Below are positions 9,716 to 18,948 of a stretch of 43,120 bases of DNA, piece after piece; within the stretch, counting starts at the first letter, position 1; each line of letters opens with the position of its first letter. Origin of the DNA: an uncultured bacterium (lineage in GTDB: Bacteria > Gemmatimonadota > Gemmatimonadetes > Longimicrobiales > RSA9); NCBI GenBank assembly GCA_937907535.1, contig CALCID010000067.1:1-43120 (forward strand), written 5' to 3'. The translations under genes and the position numbers were made by a program. The notes beneath the pieces are model-generated. The model was not told where the DNA came from. It made no database searches and saw only the letters and a program-made list of their open reading frames with translations.

Positions 9716-9805
9716 ATAGGATCCTGGACCGAACGGGGCGGCGCCGGCGCGGGGCCGGACGCCCGAACATCAAGGTAGAACGGGGGCTTGGGGCGGGTCA
9801 ATCCG

Positions 9806-11179
<1,374 letters not shown>

Positions 11180-11242
11180 GCGCCGGCCACGGGGGCAAGA
11201 TGCGTGCACGAGGCGGCCGGGCGCGGACCTGGCCCGGCCGGG

Positions 11243-11662
11243 TCAGCGGAGCGGGAGGCGCGAACGGGCGCGGAGCGCGAGCTCGACGCGGCGGGCGAGG
11301 AGGGAGAGGGGGAACGGTTTCTGGAGGCACGCCACGGCGCCGGTGCTCTCCGGGCCGATCCCCGGCGCGAGGGAGCCGGTGATGAGGATCACGGGGAGGC
11401 CGGGCCAGCGGCGTCGCACCGTGGAGAGGAGCGAGATCCCCGACTCGCCGGGGAGCGTGATGTCCGAGATCAGGACATCGAAGTCCCCGCCGGCGCCCTC
11501 CAGGAGCGCCATCGCCTCCCTGGCATCGGCCGCCGCCGTGACGGACGCGCCGAGCCGCTCCAGGTACAGGCTGAAGGACCGGCGGATGGCGGGCTCGTCA
11601 TCCACCAGCAGGATGCGGGCGCCGGCGAAGTCGAGCGGCGGCAGGGAGCCCGCCGGGTTCAT
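11243..11662 (-). CDS. Single-domain response regulator (CheY-like receiver only, no output domain)
   Basis: 139 aa with LLVDDEP, an LISDITLPG phospho-acceptor Asp, ILITG and a conserved QKPF Lys. Its ATG overlaps the upstream kinase stop as ATGA. Confidence 0.75.
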   Translation of the reverse strand: MNPAGSLPPLDFAGARILLVDDEPAIRRSFSLYLERLGASVTAAADAREAMALLEGAGGDFDVLISDITLPGESGISLLSTVRRRWPGLPVILITGSLAPGIGPESTGAVACLQKPFPLSLLARRVELALRARSRLPLR

Positions 11663-13293
11663 GCCTGCACCCCGTCCAGCCGGGCTGCATGGATCGCCGC
11701 CGGTTCCGGCTCCTCCGCCTGCGCGGCCGACTCGGGGCCGACGGGGAGGCGGATGCGGAAGCAGGCGCCGCCACCCGGCTCGTCCAGTACCTCCACGGTC
11801 CCTCCGTGACGCTCGATGATGTCCCTCGAAATCGGGAGCCCCAGCCCCGTGCCCTGGCCGTCGGCCTTCGTCGTGAAGAACGGGGTGAATATATGCGGCC
11901 GGACGTTCTCGGGAATACCGGGGCCGGTGTCCGCGACGTCGAGCTCGATCCAGCCGTCGTCCACCGACCGGCCGCGGATCGTGATGGTGCCCTGTCGGCC
12001 GATGGCGTGCTCCGCGTTGACCACGAGGTTCAGCAACACCTGCTGGAGCTGGTTCGGGTCCGCCCAGATCTCCGGGAGCTCGGGGTCCAGGGAGACGGCC
12101 ACGTCGATCTTGTTGCGCCGGTGGTCGTAGGCGCGGAGCGCCAGCGTGCGGCGGACGATCTCCTCGACCTGCACGAGCCGCCGGGCCCGGTCCGAGTTGC
12201 GGGAGAAGCTCAGCAGGTTGCGCACGATCTCCCCCGCGCGGCGGGACTCGCGGACGATCAGCTCGATCATCTCCCGCCGGGCGCCGTCGGACTCGTCGAG
12301 GAGCATGAGCTGGGCGAAGTTCGTGATGGCGGAGAGGGGGTTGTTCAGCTCGTGGGCCACGCCCGAGACCAGGCCGCCCACGGTGGCGAGCTTCTCCGAC
12401 TCCATGAGCTGCGCCTGGACCCGGCGGGCCTCGGTCCGGTCCCTCACGATGAGCACGAACGCCATGGGCTGGCCGTCCGACCGGCGGGTCACGACCTGGG
12501 TCACGTGCACGGGGACCGGCGAGCCGTCCGCGCGCTGGTGCACGGTCTCGCCGGCCCAGCCGTCGCCGTTGCCGTCGTAGCAGCGCGTGGAGGTGTGGGG
12601 TCCGGGGGGCACGCAGAGGGTGTCCAGCCCCCGGCCGTTGAGCTCGGATTCCGGGACGCCGTAGATGGAGGCGGCCGCGGCGTTCGCGTACCGGATCCGG
12701 CGGAAGCGGTCCGCCACCAGGACGCCGTCCCACAGGCGGTCCATGGCGTCCACGAACACCCGGGCGCGGCGGAGCCGGCGGCCCATCGCGTCCCGCTGGG
12801 CCGTCAGCTTCGCGATCTGGCGCTCGAGCTGGGCCCGCTTCGCCTCGAGCTCGGCGTGGCGCCGGGCGAGGCGCTCGTAGGAGCTCTCCAGGTAGCTGGT
12901 CGTGCGCCCGACGTTCTGCCGCCACGCGCCGACCGCCAGCGCCACGGCGGGCGCGCCCATGGCCAGCACGAGCACCTGGGACGCGCCGGCCCATACGAGC
13001 TCGGCCGACGCTCCGTGGTAGCCGTAGCACAGGACGGCGTACCCGATGACCATGGCGGCGCTGATCAGGCCGGACCGCCATCCGCCCATGAGGGAGGAGG
13101 CCACGGTGACGAGGAGTCCCACGGCGATGGGGCCGGGCAGCGCGAACGGGCCACTGGACAGGTACCAGAGCGCGATCAGCGTCGCGGCGGTGAGGATCGG
13201 GCCTCCGAGCTCCGCGCGCATTCTCGGCGACCCCAAGGGGGACCAACGGTGAACTACCAGATCTCCAGCCATGCCCACCTCGACTGCCATCAC
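11659..13293 (-). CDS. Sensor histidine kinase (N-terminal TM helices, PAS-like domain, HisKA H-box, HATPase_c)
   Basis: The H-box is VAHELNNPLSAI. N, G1 and G2 boxes are present (LVVNAEHA, DTGPGIP, GTGLGL). The N-terminus has about 4 hydrophobic helices. Confidence 0.8.
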   Translation of the reverse strand: MMAVEVGMAGDLVVHRWSPLGSPRMRAELGGPILTAATLIALWYLSSGPFALPGPIAVGLLVTVASSLMGGWRSGLISAAMVIGYAVLCYGYHGASAELVWAGASQVLVLAMGAPAVALAVGAWRQNVGRTTSYLESSYERLARRHAELEAKRAQLERQIAKLTAQRDAMGRRLRRARVFVDAMDRLWDGVLVADRFRRIRYANAAAASIYGVPESELNGRGLDTLCVPPGPHTSTRCYDGNGDGWAGETVHQRADGSPVPVHVTQVVTRRSDGQPMAFVLIVRDRTEARRVQAQLMESEKLATVGGLVSGVAHELNNPLSAITNFAQLMLLDESDGARREMIELIVRESRRAGEIVRNLLSFSRNSDRARRLVQVEEIVRRTLALRAYDHRRNKIDVAVSLDPELPEIWADPNQLQQVLLNLVVNAEHAIGRQGTITIRGRSVDDGWIELDVADTGPGIPENVRPHIFTPFFTTKADGQGTGLGLPISRDIIERHGGTVEVLDEPGGGACFRIRLPVGPESAAQAEEPEPAAIHAARLDGVQA

Positions 13294-13452
13294 GGGGGCA
13301 TCATCCCGCGCGCAAATCTATGCGTCGAAGCGACTTCGCTCCTTCACCCGGCGGGGGGTGAGGCGTTGATGCACAATAAAAGTCATAAAGTCTAACGGAA
13401 GGGGGAGGGGAGTACTAAACCGGTGTTCGGCGGCGGGGCATCATTATTCGTC

Positions 13453-13729
13453 AGGCTTCGCGGTAGGGCAACCCTGCCGGGTCGAGCACGGAGGGCAGCC
13501 TTCGCGGCGAGGCTGCGTCACCGGGTCGAGCACGAGCACGAGCACGTGCACGAGCACGAGGATGGGGTGACGTTCGCGGTGGCGCCGGATTCTTGGTCGG
13601 GCGGGGGTTCCTGGGCAGCCTTCGCGGTAGGGCTGCCACTCCGGGTCGAGCACGAGTACGAGGTCCACCTTCGCGGTGAGGCTTCGTCACCGGGTCGAGC
13701 ACGAGCACGAGCACGAGCACGTGCACGAG
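13453..13729 (+). repeat. Tandem array A: 4 degenerate copies of a ~50-67 bp repeat (CCTTCGCGG-N13-CCGGGTCGAGCACGAG(CACGAG)n), plus orientation
   Basis: Read directly from the sequence. The units start at 13453, 13491, 13613 and 13663. Each has a conserved CCTTCGCGG and CCGGGTCGAGCACGAG core. The 13-nt middle segment is variable and partly self-complementary. The CACGAG/CACGTG hexamer run varies in copy number between units. Confidence 0.85.
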
Positions 13730-14268
13730 GGGCGGGATGGCGTGTGGGCGGGTCGGGTGGGCGGGCGGGTTGGAGGAGGGTCGGGGTGTGTACGGTCCGG
13801 GAGGTGCACGGGAGGGATCCAGGCGGGTCGGTGACGCGGGCGCGAAGGTGTATGAGCACGCATCCGCCTACCGGTTACGACTACATGTATGGTGGGTGGG
13901 CCGAAGATTGGGCGGGGCCGAGCGGGTGCGTGGATTGAACGGGCAGGCTGGTCGTCGTGAGGGGGGTGCTCGAGCCGGAAGGCCGAGCAGACATGGTGGG
14001 AGAGGCCGCGTGGGAGACGCCGGCGTGCTCGTGGCGGTGTTCGCGTAGGACAGCGCGAGTGTGTGGCAGGATAGCGGCAGGCGGGTTTGGAGGGAGGCCG
14101 GGACCTACCGGGCGATGGGAGCGGCGAGAAGGATGGGGCGGGTTCGCGGTCCGTTCGGCGGGTTGTCCGCTGGCGAGAGGAAGCGGGCGCCCGGGCGCGA
14201 TCCGGCAGGTCGCTTCGCCCTGCGGCATGCACCCGGCGTCGTGGCTAGGGGGACGGACGCCGTGCCGG

Positions 14269-14964
14269 GAGGGCGCACCCTCGAGGGTGCCCGACCCGGA
14301 GGCTGTGTTCATGCGAAGGCGGCGGGCTACGGGTGCCTCGGCCGGCTGCTTGCCTTACGACGAGGGATCGAGCCGTGCCCGAGAACGTACTCGTATCTGC
14401 GGCCGCGCTCGACCCGGCAAGGTAGCACCTCCGCGAAGGTTACCCCGTGCACGTGCACGTGCACGTGCTCGTGCACGACCCGGAAAGGTTGTATTGCCGC
14501 GAGGGCGCACCCTCGAGGGTGCCCGACCCGGAGGCTGTGTTCATGCGAAGGCGGCGGGCTACGGGTGCCTCGGCCGGCTGCTTGCCTTACGACGAGGGAT
14601 CGAGCCGTGCCCGAGAACGTACTCGTATCTGCGGCCGCGCTCGACCCGGCAAGGTAGCACCTCCGCGAAGGTTACCCCGTGCACGTGCACGTGCACGTGC
14701 TCGTGCACGACCCGGAAAGGTTGTATTGCCGCGAGGGCGCACCCTCGAGGGTGCCCGACCCGGAGGCTGTGTTCATGCGAAGGCGGCGGGCTACGGGTGC
14801 CTCGGCCGGCTGCTTGCCTTACGACGAGGGATCGAGCCGTGCCCGAGAACGTACTCGTATCTGCGGCCGCGCTCGACCCGGCAAGGTAGCACCTCCGCGA
14901 AGGTTACCCCGTGCACGTGCACGTGCTCGTGCTCGTGCACGACCCGGAAAGGTTGTATTGCCGC
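14269..14964 (-). repeat. Tandem array B: three near-identical 232-bp units, each built from ~4 degenerate copies of the same repeat family in the opposite orientation and each carrying a 16-bp perfect palindrome GCACCCTCGAGGGTGC
   Basis: The sequence GAGGGCGCACCC recurs at 14269, 14501 and 14733, giving an exact 232-bp period. Units differ only by single substitutions in the (CGTGCA)n tract. The array ends 13 nt before the ATG at 14978. Confidence 0.9.
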
Positions 14965-14977
14965 GACGGTTGCCCCA

Positions 14978-15478
14978 ATGGAGGTCTCGTTGTTCGGATC
15001 CAGTCGTCTGTTGAGGTTGTTGTTCCTGGCGCTCGGGGTGGGCGGTTGCTCGGCGGGCGCGGGGGGTGGAGGGAGTGGGGATGTGCCCGAGCCCCGTGTA
15101 CGGGATGGGATCGCGTACCGGGCGGGGGTGGAGGTGCTGGAGCGCTACCCGGTGCAACTCCATGCGTGGGTCCGGGTGGAGAACCGGACGGACCGGGACG
15201 CGGACCTGACGTTCCCGGACGGGTGCGTGGTGCTGCTGGAGGCGCGGCGGGAGGGAGGGCGTGAGGAGTGGGTGCAGGCGCGGCAGGTGAGCTGCGTGGA
15301 GTCGGTGGTGCCGGTGCGGCTGGAGCCCGGGGAGGCGCGGGAGTACGGGGTGCAGGTCTCGGCCGCGGAGATCCTGGGGGACTCGCTCCCCGCGGGCCGG
15401 TACCGGCTGATGGCGGTGGTCCGTCCGCGCGGGGTGCGCGTGGAGGTACCCGCGGGGGTGGTGGAGCTGGCGAACTGA
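14978..15478 (+). CDS. Small lipoprotein of unknown function
   Basis: The ATG at 14978 is followed by a signal peptide with lipobox LGVGGC, then a beta-rich ~140-aa domain. It lies directly downstream of the 232-bp tandem array. Confidence 0.6.
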   Translation: MEVSLFGSSRLLRLLFLALGVGGCSAGAGGGGSGDVPEPRVRDGIAYRAGVEVLERYPVQLHAWVRVENRTDRDADLTFPDGCVVLLEARREGGREEWVQARQVSCVESVVPVRLEPGEAREYGVQVSAAEILGDSLPAGRYRLMAVVRPRGVRVEVPAGVVELAN

Positions 15479-15510
15479 GCGGGCGTTCGCCCTCCGGGCG
15501 TTCTCCCTGC

Positions 15511-15789
15511 CTACCAGTTGATGGTGCCGCGCTTGGAGGTGTCGATCTCCTCGGTCTGGCCGGTGCCGAAGAAGAAGGCCTCCATGTTGGCGGTGAGGAA
15601 GTCGCGCGCGGACTTTTCGCGGACGTCGAGGCCGTAGTGGTTGATGAGCGCGGTCTGGTAGCGGAGCCACTGGTCCCAGCAGCGCTGGCAGATCTCGCGG
15701 TGGATGCGTTCGCCGAGCTCGTTGCGGAGGGGCGGGCGCTCGATCTGGGGTTCGGTCTGTCCGCAGCGGGTGCAATTGATCTCGGACAT
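15511..15789 (-). CDS. yggX: Fe(2+)-trafficking / oxidative-damage protection protein YggX
   Basis: The 92-aa product carries CTRCG ... WDQWL ... ALINHYGLD, matching the YggX family signature and length. Confidence 0.8.
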   Translation of the reverse strand: MSEINCTRCGQTEPQIERPPLRNELGERIHREICQRCWDQWLRYQTALINHYGLDVREKSARDFLTANMEAFFFGTGQTEEIDTSKRGTINW

Positions 15790-16042
15790 GGGTTCTCCTC
15801 TCCGAAAGGGCGCGGGCCCCGGGTGAGCGGGGCGTCCGGCCCCGGCGTTGGCCGGGAATTCTCTCCCGAAAGGTACATGTCCCCGCGCCGGTGTCCACCC
15901 CGGGGGCTCCGTGGGCGGGTTGGGGCATGAAACGAGCCGCGGCGCGGGGCGGGGCGTGGGGCGGTCGGCTTGCCGTCCGGGCTCCGGCGTCTCACCATCA
16001 ATCGGGGTGATCCCGAGCTTCCCGAGAAACGGGTGTGAATCT

Positions 16043-18235
16043 ATGGAGCGCAGCGACGTCGGCTGCTGGAACCGTGGCGCGTCGGGGACGGCGCGCGGTG
16101 TGGGCCGGGCTCGCGCGGTGACGGGGGCGCGCGGGCCGGCGCGGGCGCGGTGGTGGGGAGGGGTGCTTCTCGTGGCGGCGGTGGCGGCGGCGGTGGTCGG
16201 GCTGCGGATGCCGGCGGCGGCCCAGCAGGCGCTGGTGCTGGGGGGCGGGGGTTCGCGGGGGCTGGCGCACGCGGGGGTGCTGGTCGGGCTCGACTCCCTG
16301 GGCTATTCGCCGGAGCTGGTGGTCGGCACGAGCATGGGCGCGATCATCGGCGCGCTGTACGCGGCGGGGCACGAGCCGGACGCGATCTGGCGGCTGGTGC
16401 TGGAGACGGACTGGCAGGAGCTGTTCACGCCGATGCCCGCGGCGTTCGGGCCGGACCGGCGACTGGTCTATCCGCTGTTCGGCTTTCCGCTGGACGATGG
16501 TCCGGGCGCCCGGCCCCGCGGGCTGGTTCCGGACTGGCGGGTGAACCGGCTGCTCGAGCGGACGCTGCTGGATGCGGGGGTGCGCAGCCGTGGGGATTTC
16601 GATCGGCTGCCGCGGCGGTACCGGGCGGTGACGGCGGACCTGGCGAACGGGAAGGCCGTGGTGCTGGGGCGGGGCGACCTGGCGCGGGCGGTGCGGGCGA
16701 GCATGGCGGTGCCGGGGGTGTTCGCGCCGGTCCTGTGGGACGGGCGGGTGCTGGTGGACGGCGGGATCGCGGACAACCTGCCGGTGGCGGAGGCGGCGGA
16801 GCTGGGCGGCCGGCCGATCGTGGCGGTGGACGTGGTCCGGCCGGACGCGGGGGTGCCGGAGATCGGGTCGCTGAGCTTGGCGATCCGTGCGTTCCGGCTG
16901 GTGCTGGAGAACGCGCGGCCGGACACGATCCAGCCGGACGTGCTGATCCTGCCGGATCTGGGGTCGGGGCTCTCGGAGGCGCTCTTCCCGCGGGATCCGG
17001 AGTGGCTGCTGGAGACGGGGCTCGCGGCGGTGGCCGGGGTCCCGCCGGCGGGGCCTGGCCAGACGCCGGCCCGCGCCCCGCTCCCCGCGCCGGCCCGGCT
17101 GGGCGCGCCGGTGGTGGATGCGGACGATCCGGGGCTGACCCCGCTGGTACGGGCGGCGTTCGGCCGGGAGCTTCCGGGGCCGTACGACCCGGAGGGGCTG
17201 CTGCGGGCGGCGGATCGGCTGTACGCCACGGGGCTGTTCGAAGGGATCTGGCTGCACGTGCCGCCGCGGGGCGGTGGGGCGGACGGGGGCGCGACGGGAG
17301 GCGACGCCGAGCCGGTGGTGGTGCGGGCGGAGGCCACGCCCCGGCTCTCGCTGACCGGCGCGCCGGGCTACGACACGGACCGGGGCGGCCGCGTCTGGGC
17401 GATGCTGGCGGGCCGGGCCGGGGCCGGAGCCACGCCCGTGGAGCTCTCGCTGGCCGGGCACATGGACGGGCTGGGCGGGGGCGGGACCGCGGCGGCGCGG
17501 GTCGTGCCCGCGGCGCTGCTCCCGTTCTCGGTGAGCGCGGGCGCGCATTTCGTGGAGACGGACCGGCGGATCTTCGACCGGGGCGGCGTGCGGGGGGAGG
17601 TCGAGGTCCGGCGGGCCGGCGGGTTCCTCGGGGTCGAGCGGCTGTGGATCGGGCCGGACCGGTGGCTCGTGGCGCAGATCCGGGCGGAGTCGGTGCGGCA
17701 GGAGGGGGGACTCTCGGGCGCTTCCGTCGGCCCGGCGCTGCGCTGGGAACGGGCGGACCGGCTGACGCGGATCGTGGGGGAATCGCCCCTGGTGGAGGCG
17801 GAGGCCCGGTTCGGCGAGGTGGATTACCGCCGGGCGCGGGTGCGGGGCGGCGCCGTCTGGCGGCCGGGGTGCTGGTACCTGGCGCTTGCCGGGGACCTGG
17901 CTGCGGTCTCGGACGGCGCGCCGGCGGACGCGGTGCCGGCCCTCGGGGATGAGCGCCTGGTGCCGGGAATGCGCTGGGGCGAGGAGCCGGGCCGGACCCG
18001 GATCGTTGCCGGAGGCGACGTCGCGTACCCCATCCCCCTGGACGGCGTGGTCCGCCTCCGGATCCGGTCCGGCGCCGCGGTGGGGGACGCGGACCGCCTG
18101 AGGGATGGCGGGGCGTGGGTCACCGGCGCGGAGCTCGGCCTCCTCTGGGCCACGCCCTTCGGCCGGATCGAGGCGGCATTCGGCGCGAACACGCGGGGGA
18201 GGAGGCGGGTGGAGGTGGTGGGGGGGAATCCGTGA
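16043..18235 (+). CDS. Patatin-like phospholipase fused to POTRA and an Omp85-like beta-barrel (PlpD-like, type Vd secretion architecture)
   Basis: A signal peptide is followed by the patatin oxyanion motif GGGSRG, the lipase serine motif GTSMG and the catalytic DGG. The Gly/Arg-rich C-terminal ~400 aa is consistent with POTRA plus a beta-barrel. The ATG at 16043 is the chosen start but is uncertain. Confidence 0.7.
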   Translation: MERSDVGCWNRGASGTARGVGRARAVTGARGPARARWWGGVLLVAAVAAAVVGLRMPAAAQQALVLGGGGSRGLAHAGVLVGLDSLGYSPELVVGTSMGAIIGALYAAGHEPDAIWRLVLETDWQELFTPMPAAFGPDRRLVYPLFGFPLDDGPGARPRGLVPDWRVNRLLERTLLDAGVRSRGDFDRLPRRYRAVTADLANGKAVVLGRGDLARAVRASMAVPGVFAPVLWDGRVLVDGGIADNLPVAEAAELGGRPIVAVDVVRPDAGVPEIGSLSLAIRAFRLVLENARPDTIQPDVLILPDLGSGLSEALFPRDPEWLLETGLAAVAGVPPAGPGQTPARAPLPAPARLGAPVVDADDPGLTPLVRAAFGRELPGPYDPEGLLRAADRLYATGLFEGIWLHVPPRGGGADGGATGGDAEPVVVRAEATPRLSLTGAPGYDTDRGGRVWAMLAGRAGAGATPVELSLAGHMDGLGGGGTAAARVVPAALLPFSVSAGAHFVETDRRIFDRGGVRGEVEVRRAGGFLGVERLWIGPDRWLVAQIRAESVRQEGGLSGASVGPALRWERADRLTRIVGESPLVEAEARFGEVDYRRARVRGGAVWRPGCWYLALAGDLAAVSDGAPADAVPALGDERLVPGMRWGEEPGRTRIVAGGDVAYPIPLDGVVRLRIRSGAAVGDADRLRDGGAWVTGAELGLLWATPFGRIEAAFGANTRGRRRVEVVGGNP

Positions 18236-18392
18236 GCCTTCGTCGTAATGCTACCTTGCCGGGTCGTGCACGAGCACGAGCACGGGGGCAGCCTTCGTCG
18301 TAAGGCCACCTTTCCGGGTCGAGCACGTGCACGAGCACGAGCACGAGCACGGGGCAGCCTTCGCGGCGGGGCTACCTAGCCGGGTCGAGCGC
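18234..18392 (+). repeat. Tandem array C: 3 copies of the same repeat family, plus orientation, starting at the stop codon of the patatin gene
   Basis: The units are GCCTTCGTCGTAATGCTACCTTGCCGGGTCGTGCACGAG..., GGGCAGCCTTCGTCGTAAGGCCACCTTTCCGGGTCGAGCACGTGCACGAG(CACGAG)n and GGCAGCCTTCGCGGCGGGGCTACCTAGCCGGGTCGAGCGCGG. Confidence 0.85.
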
Positions 18393-18460
18393 GGGTGTGA
18401 GGCTCGGCGAACGCGCTCCCCCACATATCCGAGCGCGGCACCTACTCCGCCATCCCCTCC

Positions 18461-18811
18461 TCAGCTCCCCAGCATCCTTATGAGCATCGACACGATGCGC
18501 ACAATGAGGGCTTTGCTGGTCCGGATGTCGGTTGCGTCTAGCAGCCCGATGTCGACCATGTGATCGAGGGCCGAGGCGGCGTTGGTGGCCGAAGCCCGGG
18601 CTACGCGAAGGAAGTACGCCCGGCGCCGGAAGGTCGGCTTGCCGCACGCTTCCGCGATGTTCAGCGCGACGGAGGACGTAGCCCGCTGGAGCTGGCCCGC
18701 CAGGTCCGGCCGCTTGCGCCTCACCTGCCTGGCGATCCGGGCAACCTCCCGGCTCAGCTCGCGGGACACCCGGTAGACATCCAGCCGTTCATGATCGAGC
18801 CCCGCAGGCAT
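18461..18811 (-). CDS. Four-helix-bundle protein (TIGR02436 family, the type typically encoded inside 23S rRNA intervening sequences)
   Basis: 116 aa from the ATG at 18811, which has GGAGAGGAG 6 nt upstream. The segments DVYRVSRELSREVARIARQV, ALNIAEACGK, RRAYFLRVARASATNAASALDHMVDIGLL and ALIVRIVSMLIRM match the four-helix-bundle family pattern. The longer track ORF reads into the repeat and is unlikely to be real. Confidence 0.7.
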   Translation of the reverse strand: MPAGLDHERLDVYRVSRELSREVARIARQVRRKRPDLAGQLQRATSSVALNIAEACGKPTFRRRAYFLRVARASATNAASALDHMVDIGLLDATDIRTSKALIVRIVSMLIRMLGS

Positions 18812-18948
18812 TGAGCGCTCCTCTCCCCCGGGCCACGTCGAGAAGACTACACTGCGAGGCTCAGGAATCCATGGCCGGGCTGGTCGTCTACATGCGTGGA
18901 ACGGCCGGGCAGACGCGCCAGCGCCGCCCGGCCTGCTCATGGAGGTTC

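Noticed and set aside
13423-15478. ORFs reading through the repeat arrays (e.g. 13957-14889, 14061-14657, 14447-15478 N-terminal part, 14679-15014, 18327-18563, 18896-19459) as proteins with HVHVHV/RARARA repeats
   Set aside because: Their open frames are a by-product of the tandem DNA repeats. Only the distal part of 14447-15478 (from the ATG at 14978) has a signal peptide and lipobox and was kept.
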